64,000 bases of DNA from NCBI GenBank assembly GCA_963716255.1, contig OY970303.1, forward strand, positions 4,128,001 through 4,192,000, written 5' to 3'. The DNA comes from an uncultured Gemmatimonadales bacterium. Its GTDB lineage: Bacteria > Gemmatimonadota > Gemmatimonadetes > Longimicrobiales > Longimicrobiaceae. Of the stretch, positions 9,757 to 19,208 are shown one piece after another (the first letter of the stretch is position 1; each line of letters begins with the position of its first letter). The position numbers and the translations under genes were made by a program. The notes below the pieces were generated by a model that saw nothing but the letters and a program-made list of their open reading frames with translations, was not told the origin of the DNA and did no database searches.

Positions 9757-10390
9757 AGTGCGGGCGACGCGGCGGCTCCCGGACTTCGTCCTGGACGTGG
9801 ACTTCGCCGTGCGCGACGAGATCCTGGTGCTCTTCGGCCCGTCCGGGGCGGGAAAGACCATGACGCTGCGCCTGGTCGCCGGCCTGGAGCGCCCCGACGC
9901 CGGCGAGATCGCGCTGGACGGGCGGACGCTCGTTTCGCGCGAGCGGCGCGTGTGGGTGCCCCCGCGGGAGCGGCGCTGCGGCTTCGTCTTCCAGGACCTG
10001 GCGCTCTTTCCGCACCTGGACGTGCGCGCCAACGTGCTCTTCGGCGTCCGCGCCGACGGCGAGGCCACGCGCGAGCGGCTGGAGCGGCTGCTGGAGCGGT
10101 TTCGTATCGGCCACCTGGCGCGGCGGTTCCCGGCCGAGCTGTCCGGGGGCGAGGCGCAGCGGGTGGCGCTCGCCCGGGCGCTCATGACCGACCCGGCCGT
10201 GCTGCTGCTGGACGAGCCCTTTTCCTCGCTGGACGCCGAGACGCGACGCGCCGTGCAGGACGAGGTGGTGGAGGCCCACGGCACCTGGCGCATTCCCTTC
10301 GTCTTCGTCACCCACGACCGCGAGGAGGCCGAGCGGCTGGGGGACCGGATGATCTTTCTGCGGCAGGGGCGGCTGGTGGAGAGCGGGTAG
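9749..10390 (+). CDS. modC: Molybdate ABC transporter ATP-binding protein (short form, no TOBE domain)
   Basis: Walker A GPSGAGKT, signature LSGGE, Walker B LLLDEPF, VTHD; operon context. Confidence 0.9.
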   Translation: MLEVRATRRLPDFVLDVDFAVRDEILVLFGPSGAGKTMTLRLVAGLERPDAGEIALDGRTLVSRERRVWVPPRERRCGFVFQDLALFPHLDVRANVLFGVRADGEATRERLERLLERFRIGHLARRFPAELSGGEAQRVALARALMTDPAVLLLDEPFSSLDAETRRAVQDEVVEAHGTWRIPFVFVTHDREEAERLGDRMIFLRQGRLVESG

Positions 10391-10424
10391 GGCGGCGTTC
10401 TACGTGTGGGGCGGGACCGCTCCG

Positions 10425-10538
10425 GAGCCCGGCGGAAACTGCCCCGCCGGTCTCCTGCGCGGGTCGCGGAGCCAGCGGAAACGGCCCCGCTGTCTCCGCT
10501 CCGGCTGCGGGAGCCCCGCCAAACGGCCGGCGGGTCTC
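10425..10538 (-). repeat. Tandem triplet of the P4 hairpin module of the dispersed element
   Basis: Three GAGCC-stem-AAAC(T/G)GCC-stem-GTCTC units at 10425-10454, 10469-10496 and 10511-10538. Confidence 0.75.
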
Positions 10539-10684
10539 CCTCCGCAAAAGATTTGGGGGATACTGCGGGGTACTGCAACGGCAACTGAACACGCAACGGC
10601 AACGGCCCTCCGCCACGCATGGCCGAGGGCCGAGTCACACGCCGCCGCACCCGATCGGCCACGCCCGCATCCACGATCCGTCCC

Positions 10685-11494
10685 ATGCCCTCCAGTCGCC
10701 CGGTCCCCGGCTGCCGCATCGCCGTCGCGCTCCTCGCCGCCCTCTGCGTGGGCAGCGTCCTCGTGCTCGCGCTCGCCCGCCGCCAGGCGCGCTCCGCGGC
10801 CGATGCCACCCTGCCCAGCGCGGCTGCGGCGGCGCGGCGGGTGGTGCACCTGGGAGCCGCCTACGACGTGCGCGTGGTGGACGTGCGGCGCGCGGAGCTG
10901 CGCTTCTTCTGGCGGGACGGGAGGGGGCGACCCTTCGGCTCCATCGGCGCGCTCCGGGCGCACGTGGAGCGCGGCGGGCGCACGCTGCTCTTCGCCACCA
11001 ACGCGGGGATGTACCGCCCGGACCAGACGCCGGTGGGGCTGTACGTGGAGGACGGCAGGGAGCTCGTTCCCCTGGACGCGCGCCGGGGGCTGCCGGGCAA
11101 CTTCTACCTCCCGGACAACGGCGTCTTCTTTCTCGGCGAGGGCGGGGCCGGCATCGTGGAGTCGTCCGCCTATCCGCCGCGCGGCGCCGTCCGCTACGCC
11201 ACCCAGTCCGGGCCGCTCCTGGTCCGCGGCGGCAGCCTCAACCCGCTGTTCGAGCCCGGCTCGCCGAACCTGCGCATCCGCAGCGGCGTCGGCATCGTCA
11301 CGGCGGACAGCGTCGTGTTCGCCATCTCGCGCGAGCCGGTCTCCTTCCACGCCTTCGCGACGCTCTTCCGCGACGTCCTCGGCTGCCGCGACGCCCTCTT
11401 CCTGGACGGGGAGATCTCGCTCATGTACCTCCCCGAGCTGTCCCGCCGCGACGCCGGCGGCACCTTCGGCGCCATGATCGCCCTCACCGACTGA
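10685..11494 (+). CDS. Phosphodiester glycosidase family protein (YigE/DUF2233-like)
   Basis: LLFATNAGMY, GNFYLPDNGVF, ATQSGPLLV, RSGVG and ALFLDG motifs; start uncertain (10619 or 10685). Confidence 0.85.
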   Translation: MPSSRPVPGCRIAVALLAALCVGSVLVLALARRQARSAADATLPSAAAAARRVVHLGAAYDVRVVDVRRAELRFFWRDGRGRPFGSIGALRAHVERGGRTLLFATNAGMYRPDQTPVGLYVEDGRELVPLDARRGLPGNFYLPDNGVFFLGEGGAGIVESSAYPPRGAVRYATQSGPLLVRGGSLNPLFEPGSPNLRIRSGVGIVTADSVVFAISREPVSFHAFATLFRDVLGCRDALFLDGEISLMYLPELSRRDAGGTFGAMIALTD

Positions 11495-11534
11495 CCCGCC
11501 GATCCACTCCCGCACCTTCGCACTTCCCCGCTCC

Positions 11535-12431
11535 TCACCCCAGCACCGTCAGCCTCCCCGGCAGGATCTCCACGTCCAGCGTGTGCGCGTCCTCCGCCAG
11601 GATCTCGCCGTCGGCGTGCACGGGGAGCGGGTCCGGGCTGGTGACGCGCAGGCGCCGCCCGCGCAGCATGCGCACCCCCGGGCGCCCCACGTGCGTGCCG
11701 CGCATCACGCGCGGGAGCAGGTCCAGGATCCCCAGGGCGCCCATACCGTCCGCCACGGCCACGTCCAGCTCGCCGTCGTCGATGCGCGCCCCCGGGCAGA
11801 TCCAGAACCCGCCCCCGTGGCACCCCCCGTTCGCCGCGGTCACCAGCGTCAGCGGGCCGTCCGCCACCACCGCGCCGTCCAGCTCCACGCGCATGCGCGG
11901 CGGCCGGAAGCCGGGGAGCACCCGCGCCAGCGCCCACAGGTAGATGGCGAGCCCCCGCAGCCGCCGCACCTTCGCGGCCTCGATCCCCACCCGCGCGTCC
12001 AGCCCGATCCCCACCCCGTTGGTGAAGAAGCGGTCTCCCACGCGGCCCGCGTCCACCCGGCGCGGCTCCGCCGCGAGCAGCCTGCGCGTGGCCGCAGCCG
12101 CGTCCGCGGGCGCCCCCACCAGCTTGGCGAAGTCGTTGCCGCTCCCCACCGGCACGATCCCCAGAGGGAGGGTCGCCCCGCCGCCCGCCTGGCGCAGCAG
12201 CCCGTTCGCCACCTCGTGCACCGTGCCGTCCCCGCCCGCCGCCACCACCGCCGTCCACCCCCCCTCCGCCGCCCGCCGCGCCAGCTCCACACCGTGTCCC
12301 GGCGCCTGTGTCTCCACGACCTCGTACCGCGCCCCCGCGCCGTCCAGCACCGAGCGGATCGCCCGCGCCGCGCTGGCCGCGGAGCCGCGGCCCGCGGCGG
12401 GGTTGAGGATGACCAGGTAGCGGGATTCCAC
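11535..12431 (-). CDS. Diacylglycerol/lipid kinase family protein (YegS/DgkB-like)
   Basis: ILNPAAG, GGDGTVHEVANG, PVGSGNDFA and HADGE motifs. Confidence 0.9.
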   Translation of the reverse strand: MESRYLVILNPAAGRGSAASAARAIRSVLDGAGARYEVVETQAPGHGVELARRAAEGGWTAVVAAGGDGTVHEVANGLLRQAGGGATLPLGIVPVGSGNDFAKLVGAPADAAAATRRLLAAEPRRVDAGRVGDRFFTNGVGIGLDARVGIEAAKVRRLRGLAIYLWALARVLPGFRPPRMRVELDGAVVADGPLTLVTAANGGCHGGGFWICPGARIDDGELDVAVADGMGALGILDLLPRVMRGTHVGRPGVRMLRGRRLRVTSPDPLPVHADGEILAEDAHTLDVEILPGRLTVLG

Positions 12432-12579
12432 GGTCGGGGGAGTGAGGCGTGGCAGGGCGGGATGAGCTTGCGGACGGCCGGATACTAGCGCGCGCCGGAG
12501 CCCGGGACAACGGCGCGACTCGCCGCGAGGGCAGAGGGGGAGCACGACAAGGAGAAAGCGAGGACCGCAGCGTGGAGAT

Positions 12580-12634
12580 GCCCCTCCCCCGGAACGGGGG
12601 AGGGTGGCGGCTCTCAGGCCGCCGGGTGGGGGCC
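12580..12634. repeat. REP-like palindrome
   Basis: ccctcccccggaacgggggagggtggcggctctcaggccgccgggtggggg; near reverse complement of 50-99. Confidence 0.75.
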
Positions 12635-12658
12635 AAAGCGGTCGCCAGCGCGATGCCC

Positions 12659-12787
12659 GCGTGAGGGATGCGAGCGCGAAGCGGCGAGACCCGCCGGGCA
12701 GTTTCGGTGGGTCTCGCCTCCGTTACGCACGGTCGTATCGTGCGTTACGGAGCCGCAGCCCGACCCGGCGCCAGCCGGGGCACGCCC
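12659..12787 (+). repeat. Structured dispersed element, copy B
   Basis: Variant with TGCG/CGCA and a CGC-GAA-GCG hairpin. Confidence 0.95.
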
Positions 12788-12819
12788 GAACCCGCCCTTC
12801 AAGGCCGTCCAGCCACGAC

Positions 12820-12854
12820 GAAAAAGAGCCGGGACCCTCGCGGATCCCGGCTCT
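12820..12854 (-). terminator. Intrinsic terminator of S8 paralog 1
   Basis: agagccggga..tcccggctct hairpin followed by a T-run on the minus strand (aaaaa on +). Confidence 0.7.
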
Positions 12855-12884
12855 CCCGAAGCCAGCCTTCCCGCCGCGCCGAGC

Positions 12885-14006
12885 TTACCGGTGGATGATG
12901 GGATCCGGCACGCCATCGGGGTCGGAGCACGCCAGCCCATTCGCGCTCGGAGTGCCGAGCAGGAGCACTCCGGCCGCGTGCGGGGCGGCCATGGAGGTGC
13001 CGCTCATGGTCGTGGTGCCGCCGCCGCTGCGGGTGGAAAGGATTCCGTTGCCCGGGGCCGCCCAGTCCACCCCCAGCCCGAAGTTGGACCACGAGGTGAG
13101 GCAGTCGTTGGTGGCGATCGCCGAGATGGTGAAGACGTTGGGCGCGTTCACCCGGGCCGGCGTCTCGTTGTTGGCGTTCTGCCCGCTGTTGCCCGCGGCG
13201 ATGACGAACCGGATGCCCCGCGCCGCCGCGCTGACGACCGCCGCCTCCAGGGTGGCGTTGGAGCCGAAGGCGCCCACGCTCATGTTGGCCACGTCGCCGC
13301 TGGCGCCGTTCGCAGCCACGTAGTTGACGCCGTTGGTGACTCCCTCCAGCGAGCCGCTGCCGGAGTTGCCCAGCACGCGCACCGAGCAGACGAAAGCGTT
13401 GGCCGCCACGCCGACCACGTCCTGGCCGTTGTTCTTGGCGGCGATGGTGCCCGCCACGTGCGTGCCGTGCCCGTTGCCGTCGCTGGCGTTCTTCCCGATG
13501 AAGTAGGTGTGGCAGTTGCGGCTGGTGTTCAGGTCCGCGTGCTTCATGTCGATGCCGGAATCGATGATCCAGGCGGTCTTGCCGGTGCCGTCGCCGGCGC
13601 CGCCCACGCGGGTGATCCCCCAGGGGATGGTCTGCGGGCCGCTGCCGCCGCCGCCCGGGCGGGCGCTGATCTGCACCGGGGGCAGGCTGAGGACCATGTC
13701 CTGCTCCACGATGGCGACGCGCGGGTCGTTGCGCAGCGCCTCGGCCACCGCGGGCGGAAGCGCCGCCGAGAAGCCGGGGGCCGCGTACTTGCGCAGGAAG
13801 CGCGCGGCGAAGCCGCGCCCGCGCGCCATCTCCGCGACCGTGCTTTCCACGTCCACGCCTTCCTTGAACGTCACCAGGTAGATGGGCGCGTCCTCGGAGC
13901 GGGCCGCGGCGGGAACTGCGCTCCCGGGCGCCAGGGTGGGGGCCTCTTCGCAGGCGGCGAGGGCGAAGGCGGTGACGAGAGCGGCGAGGGGGATGGTGCG
14001 GCGCAT
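12885..14006 (-). CDS. S8 subtilase lipoprotein with I9-like propeptide (paralog 1)
   Basis: Catalytic triad IDSGI / GHGTHVAG / SGTSMAAPH; lipobox LAAC; RBS AGGAGG. Confidence 0.93.
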   Translation of the reverse strand: MRRTIPLAALVTAFALAACEEAPTLAPGSAVPAAARSEDAPIYLVTFKEGVDVESTVAEMARGRGFAARFLRKYAAPGFSAALPPAVAEALRNDPRVAIVEQDMVLSLPPVQISARPGGGGSGPQTIPWGITRVGGAGDGTGKTAWIIDSGIDMKHADLNTSRNCHTYFIGKNASDGNGHGTHVAGTIAAKNNGQDVVGVAANAFVCSVRVLGNSGSGSLEGVTNGVNYVAANGASGDVANMSVGAFGSNATLEAAVVSAAARGIRFVIAAGNSGQNANNETPARVNAPNVFTISAIATNDCLTSWSNFGLGVDWAAPGNGILSTRSGGGTTTMSGTSMAAPHAAGVLLLGTPSANGLACSDPDGVPDPIIHR

Positions 14007-14284
14007 GTGCAGCCTCCTGGGTCGGTCGGGCGCCCGCGTCTCTTCACCCGTGGTGGAAAGAGAGCGTGGACGTTCCCGTACGGGGGTCCGCCGGGCGTTG
14101 TCGATCGGCGGAAAAGCCCGTCGCAGCAACATCGGGTCCCCCGCGTGCCAGAACTGCCTAACGCGCTGCTGCAAAACGACCTGCTCGTTTCCGGCAGGAC
14201 GTGGTGTTTACCGCCTGGTGCATCAGAATGGTGCAAATCGGCGGACGGATGACACGTCCTGGTGCAGGCGGGGGGTGGAGACAG

Positions 14285-14318
14285 GAAAGCCGGGGCTCCC
14301 CGTGGGGGAGCCCCGGCC
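14285..14318 (-). terminator. Intrinsic terminator of S8 paralog 2
   Basis: gccggggctcccc-gtg-ggggagccccggc hairpin followed by TTTC on the minus strand. Confidence 0.65.
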
Positions 14319-14340
14319 GTACCTCGACTGCCCTGCGCGC

Positions 14341-15465
14341 TTACCGGTGGATGATGGGATCCGGCACGGCGTCGCGGTCGGAGCAGGCGGTCCCGTCGGC
14401 ATGGGCGGCGCCGAGGAGGAGCACGCCGGCCGCGTGCGGGGCGGCCATGGAGGTGCCGCTCATGGTGGTGGTGCCGCCGCCCTTGGCGGTGGAAAGGATG
14501 CTGTTGCCCGGGGCCGCCCAGTCCACGCCCAGCCCGAAGTTGGACCAGGAGGTCAGGCAGTTGTTGGTCGCGATGGCCGAGATGGTGAAGACGTTGGGCG
14601 CGTTCACCCGGGCCGGGGTCTCCAGGCTGGCGTCGATGCCGGCGTTGCCGGCCGCGATCGTGAACTTGATGCCCTTCGCGGCCGCGTTGATGACCGCCGC
14701 CTCCAGGGTGGCGTTGGAGCCGGAGGCGCCCACGCTCATGTTGGCCACGTCGCCGCTGGCGCCGTTTGCAGCCACGTAGTTGACGCCGTTGGTCACGCCC
14801 TCGAGCGAGCCGCTGCCGCTGTTGCCCAGCACGCGCACCGAGCAGACGTAGGCGTTGGCCGCCACGCCCACCACGCCGCTGGTGTTGTTCTTGGCGGCGA
14901 TGGTGCCGGCGACGTGCGTGCCGTGGCCGTTGCCGTCGCTGGGGCTGGTCCCGGCGAAGTACGTGTGGCAGTTGCGGCTGGTGTTCAGGTCCGGGTGCGT
15001 CAGGTCGATGCCGGAGTCGATGACCCACGCCGTCTTGCCGGTGCCGTCCCCGGCGCCGCCCACGCGGGTGATCCCCCAGGGGATGGTCTGCGTGGCGCTG
15101 CCGCCGCCGCCGCCCGGACGGGCGTTGATCTCGACGGGCGGGAGGCTGAGGATCTTGTCCTGCTCCACGATGGCCACGCGCGGGTCGTTGCGGATGCCCT
15201 CGATCTTGGACTCCGGGATCACCGCCGAGAAGCCGGGGGCGGCGTGCTTGCGGAGGAAGCGGACGGCGAAGCCACGCCCGTGGGCCATCTCGGCCGCGGT
15301 GCTCTCCACGTCCACGCCGGGCTTGAACGTCACCAGGTAGATGGGCGCGTTCTCGGAGCGCGCGGCCGTGGGGGCGGCGGTCTCGGGAGCCAGCGTGGGA
15401 GCCTGCTCGCAGGCGACGACGCCCAGCGTGGCGGCCAGGACGGCCAGGGGGAGCTTGCGGCGCAT
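14341..15465 (-). CDS. S8 subtilase lipoprotein (paralog 2, tandem duplicate)
   Basis: Same triad motifs; lipobox VVAC; RBS GAGGAGGA; visibly very similar to paralog 1. Confidence 0.93.
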   Translation of the reverse strand: MRRKLPLAVLAATLGVVACEQAPTLAPETAAPTAARSENAPIYLVTFKPGVDVESTAAEMAHGRGFAVRFLRKHAAPGFSAVIPESKIEGIRNDPRVAIVEQDKILSLPPVEINARPGGGGGSATQTIPWGITRVGGAGDGTGKTAWVIDSGIDLTHPDLNTSRNCHTYFAGTSPSDGNGHGTHVAGTIAAKNNTSGVVGVAANAYVCSVRVLGNSGSGSLEGVTNGVNYVAANGASGDVANMSVGASGSNATLEAAVINAAAKGIKFTIAAGNAGIDASLETPARVNAPNVFTISAIATNNCLTSWSNFGLGVDWAAPGNSILSTAKGGGTTTMSGTSMAAPHAAGVLLLGAAHADGTACSDRDAVPDPIIHR

Positions 15466-15696
15466 CTTCTTCCTCCTCGAGGAGTGGTGTCTGCCCTCCA
15501 GCTCGGAGGGCGGTGCGGAGCGGGCTCGAGCACGGCTCGGCATTCCGTCCGTCTGCCCCCTCCCAGGGCAACAACGGTTCCGCGTGGCACCAAATGTTTA
15601 AGTGATTTTGCCGCATTGCATTGGCTCATGAATGGAGCCGGGCTGGCTCGATCCGTGTGCACCATTCCGGTGCTGTGGTGCACCCCCCGGTCCAGG

Positions 15697-18447
15697 ATGG
15701 AGCACCGTCCCGGTGCGCCGAGCCTCCTTGCGGGAACTCCGCCCGCAGGCGAGCGTAGACGGAGCGTCCGTCCGCCCGCACCCGTTTCGGCGGGACCGCG
15801 GGATCCTTTTCGCGACCGGCCTCCCCCAGATGATCGTCCCCCGCCAGACGGAAGCGCGCCGGCCTTGAGCGCCGCGGCCGACGACCTGTCCGCCGGCCTC
15901 CCCGGAGCGGAGCGGCGCTGGCGGTGGGTGTCCCCCGCGCTGGGCGCCGCGCTCTTCGTGGCCGCGGTGTGGGTGCTGCACCGCGAGCTGCGCCAGGTCC
16001 GCTACCGCGAGGTGACGGAGGCGGTGGGCGCGCTCCCCCCGGCGCGCCTGCTGCTGGCCTTCGTCCTCACCTTCGCAAACTACGCCGTCCTCACCGGCTT
16101 CGACCTGCTGGCCTTCGAGTACGTGGGGAAGCGGATCGCGGGGTGGAAGGTGGCGCTCGCCTCGTACACGGGGTACGCCGTCAGCAACAGCGTGGGGTTC
16201 GCGCTGATCTCCGGGACCTCGGTGCGCTACCGCTTCTACACGCGCTGGGGGCTGACGCCGGGCGAGCTGTCGCAGGTGGTGGTGTTCTACTTCGGCACCT
16301 TCTGGCTGGGGCTGCTGGTGCTGGGCGGGGTCAGCCTGGCCTTCGATCCGCACCCGCTGCTCCTGCGGCAGATGGGCGGCGGGGTACGCGTGCTGGGCGG
16401 CGTGCTCCTGCTGGCCGGCGCGGCGTACGCGGCCGCGGCGCTGCTGCGGCGCGGGCCGCTGCGGGTGTGGCGCCTGGAGCTTCCCCTGCCGCCGCCGCGG
16501 CTGGTGGCCGGGCAGTTCCTGCTTTCCACGCTGGACTGGGCGCTGGCGGCGGGGGTCTTCTACGCCCTCCTCCCGGCCACGCCGCTCACCTTCGCGGAGG
16601 TGCTGAGCGCTTTCCTGGCCGCGCAGATCCTGGGGCTCCTGAGCCACGTTCCCGGGGGGCTGGGGGTGTTCGAGGGGACCATGGTGCTGCTGCTGCGCAG
16701 CTACCTCCCCACCGAGCAGGTGTTCTCCACCCTGGTCCTGTACCGCATCGTCTACTACCTGATCCCGCTGGCCGTGGCGCTGGCCATCCTGGTGGCGGAC
16801 GAGGCGCGGCAGCGGCGCCGCCACCTGGCGCGGCTGGGGGGCGCGTTCGGCGCGCTGACGCGGCAGCTCGCCCCAAAGGTGCTCGCCGTGTTCACCTTCA
16901 TGGCCGGCGCGCTCCTCCTCTTCTCGGGCGCGACGCCGGCCTCGCGCTGGCGGGTGGACTGGCTCCACGAGTTCCTCCCGCTGGCCGTTTCCGAGGCCTC
17001 GCACTTCGTGGCGAGCGTGGTGGGGGTGGGGCTGCTGGTGGCGTCCAACGGCATCGCCCGGCGGCTGGACGGCGCCTACTACTTCGCCGTGCTGGGGCTG
17101 GTGGTGGGGATCGTGACCTCGCTGCTCAAGGGCGCCGACTACGAGGAAGCGCTCCTCCTCTCGCTCGTGCTGGCGGCGCTCGTCCCCAGCCGCGCGGAGT
17201 TCGACCGCAAGGCGGCGTTCTGGTCGGCGCGCTTCCGCCCCGAGTGGATCGCGGCGGTGCTGGCGGTGATCGGCGCGTCCATCTGGCTGGGCTTCTTCGC
17301 CTTCAAGCACGTGGAGTACAGCAGCGAGCTGTGGTGGGAGTTCGCCGTGAACCGCAGCGCGCCGCGCTTCCTGCGCGCTTCGGTGGGCGCCACCATGGCG
17401 ATCCTGGCCTTCGGGGTGCTGCGCCTGCTCCGCCCCGCCCCCGCGGACGTGACGCTCCCCACGGCGGAGGAAATGGCAGCCGCGGAGCGGATAATCAGCG
17501 AGCAGCCCTCCACCGTACCCTACCTGGCGTACCTGCGCGACAAGACGCTGCTGTTCAGCGAGGCGCGCGACGCCTTCCTGATGTACGGCGTGCAGGGAAA
17601 GAGCTGGGTGGCGATGGGCGACCCGGTGGGGGCCCCGGCCTCGGCGCCGGAGGTCGTCCGCGCCTTCCTGGAGCGCTGCGACGACTTCGGCGGGGACCCG
17701 GTGTTCTACCAGGTCACCCGGGACCGCCTGCACCTGTACGCGGACTTCGGCCTCACCTTCGCCAAGCTGGGCGAGGACGCCTTCGTCCCGCTGCGCTCGT
17801 TCTCGCTGGACGGCGCCGCGAACAAGCCCTTCCGGCTGGTGCTGAACCGCTTCGCCCGGAGCGGGGCGGAGTTCCGCATCGTCCCCGCGGAGGAGGTGCC
17901 GGCGCTGCTCCCGGAGCTGCGCGACGTGTCGGACGAGTGGCTGCGGAACAAGGACGCCTCGGAGAAGGGGTTCTCGCTGGGCTTCTTCGACCCCGGCTCG
18001 CTGGAGCGCTTCCCGGTGGCGACCGTGGTGGAGGAGGGGCGGATCAGCGCGTTCGCCTCGGTGTGGCCCGGGCCGGGGGGCGAGGAGCTGTCGGTGGACC
18101 TGATGCGCTACCGCGCCTCCGCGCAGAAGAACGTCATGGAGGCCATCTTCCTCCAGCTGATGCTGTGGGGGAGGGAGCAGGGGTACGCCCGCTTCAACCT
18201 GGGGATGGCGCCGCTCTCGGGGCTGGAGATCTCGGCGGTGGCGCCCGCGTGGACGCGGCTGGGCCACTTCCTGTACCAGCAGGGGGAGCCGTTCTACAAC
18301 TTCCAGGGGCTGCGCGCCTACAAGGAGAAGTTCCACCCGGAGTGGGAGCCGCGCTACCTGGCCTACCCCGGCGGCCTCGCCCTGGCGCGCATCCTCGCGG
18401 ACGTGTCGGCTCTGGTGGCGGGCGGGTACCGGAGGATCTTCCGGTGA
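15697..18447 (+). CDS. mprF: Bifunctional aminoacyl(lysyl)-phosphatidylglycerol flippase/synthase
   Basis: Multi-TM N-terminus (VPGGLGVFE, YRIVYYLIP); DUF2156 C-terminus (MGDPVG, KLGEDA, EKGFSLG, VDLMR, GLRAYKEKF.P.WEPRY); start uncertain. Confidence 0.93.
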   Translation: MEHRPGAPSLLAGTPPAGERRRSVRPPAPVSAGPRDPFRDRPPPDDRPPPDGSAPALSAAADDLSAGLPGAERRWRWVSPALGAALFVAAVWVLHRELRQVRYREVTEAVGALPPARLLLAFVLTFANYAVLTGFDLLAFEYVGKRIAGWKVALASYTGYAVSNSVGFALISGTSVRYRFYTRWGLTPGELSQVVVFYFGTFWLGLLVLGGVSLAFDPHPLLLRQMGGGVRVLGGVLLLAGAAYAAAALLRRGPLRVWRLELPLPPPRLVAGQFLLSTLDWALAAGVFYALLPATPLTFAEVLSAFLAAQILGLLSHVPGGLGVFEGTMVLLLRSYLPTEQVFSTLVLYRIVYYLIPLAVALAILVADEARQRRRHLARLGGAFGALTRQLAPKVLAVFTFMAGALLLFSGATPASRWRVDWLHEFLPLAVSEASHFVASVVGVGLLVASNGIARRLDGAYYFAVLGLVVGIVTSLLKGADYEEALLLSLVLAALVPSRAEFDRKAAFWSARFRPEWIAAVLAVIGASIWLGFFAFKHVEYSSELWWEFAVNRSAPRFLRASVGATMAILAFGVLRLLRPAPADVTLPTAEEMAAAERIISEQPSTVPYLAYLRDKTLLFSEARDAFLMYGVQGKSWVAMGDPVGAPASAPEVVRAFLERCDDFGGDPVFYQVTRDRLHLYADFGLTFAKLGEDAFVPLRSFSLDGAANKPFRLVLNRFARSGAEFRIVPAEEVPALLPELRDVSDEWLRNKDASEKGFSLGFFDPGSLERFPVATVVEEGRISAFASVWPGPGGEELSVDLMRYRASAQKNVMEAIFLQLMLWGREQGYARFNLGMAPLSGLEISAVAPAWTRLGHFLYQQGEPFYNFQGLRAYKEKFHPEWEPRYLAYPGGLALARILADVSALVAGGYRRIFR

Positions 18448-19208
18448 CCCGGCGGGGGCGGTGGATCGTGGCCGGGATCGCCCTGGCGGTGGCGGTGCTG
18501 GCGCTGGGGATCCGCGCGCTGCGCGGCTCGGCGCTGGCGGGGGAGGGCGCCCCCGGCGTGGAGGACCTGCCGCTGGTGGAGCTGCCCGCCCGCGGGGTGC
18601 CCATCCGCCCGGCCGGCGGGCTCATGGCGGTGGTGGTGAGCGGCGACGGCGGCTGGGTGGGGGTGAGCCGCTCGCTGGGGGGCGCGCTGGCGCGGCAGGG
18701 AATCCCCACGGTGGGGTGGAACAGCCTGCGCTACTTCCGCACCCCCCGCACTCCGCAGGAGGCGGCGGAGGACCTGCAGCGCGTGGTGGACACCTACGGG
18801 ACCGCCTGGGGTCGCCCGCGGGTGCTCCTGGTGGGGTACTCGTTCGGCGCGGACGCGCTTCCCTTCCTGGTGGCGCGCCTCCCCGCCGAGGTGCGCGCGC
18901 GCGTCGCGGGGATCGCCCTGGTGGCGCTGGGGCGCGACGCGGCCTTCGAGTTCCACTTCCGCGACTGGATCTCGCGCGAGACCACGCCGTTCCGGGTGGT
19001 GCCGGAGGTGCGGCGGCTGCGCGGGGCGCCGCTGCTGTGCGTGTACGGCGCCCGCGACCAGGAGACCAAGGTGGCGTGCCCGCTGCTGCGCGACACGGGC
19101 GCGCGCATCGTGAGGCTCCCGGGCGGCCACTACTTCCGCGACGCGCAGGACCGGGTGGACCGCACCGTGCTGGACTTCGCCGCGTCGCTGGAGAGGAAGG
19201 AGCCATGA
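18444..19208 (+). CDS. acvB: AcvB/VirJ family lysyl-phosphatidylglycerol hydrolase
   Basis: SGDGGW, SLRYF, GYSFGAD and LPGGHYF motifs; translationally coupled to mprF. Confidence 0.87.
   Translation: MTRRGRWIVAGIALAVAVLALGIRALRGSALAGEGAPGVEDLPLVELPARGVPIRPAGGLMAVVVSGDGGWVGVSRSLGGALARQGIPTVGWNSLRYFRTPRTPQEAAEDLQRVVDTYGTAWGRPRVLLVGYSFGADALPFLVARLPAEVRARVAGIALVALGRDAAFEFHFRDWISRETTPFRVVPEVRRLRGAPLLCVYGARDQETKVACPLLRDTGARIVRLPGGHYFRDAQDRVDRTVLDFAASLERKEP

Noticed and set aside
13882..18447. Very long ORFs (1521 aa here; also 1000-4731, 4804-8070, 55658-59401) as giant fusion proteins
   Set aside because: The N-terminal extensions are antisense or off-frame read-through in stop-poor GC-rich DNA. 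The real genes start internally.
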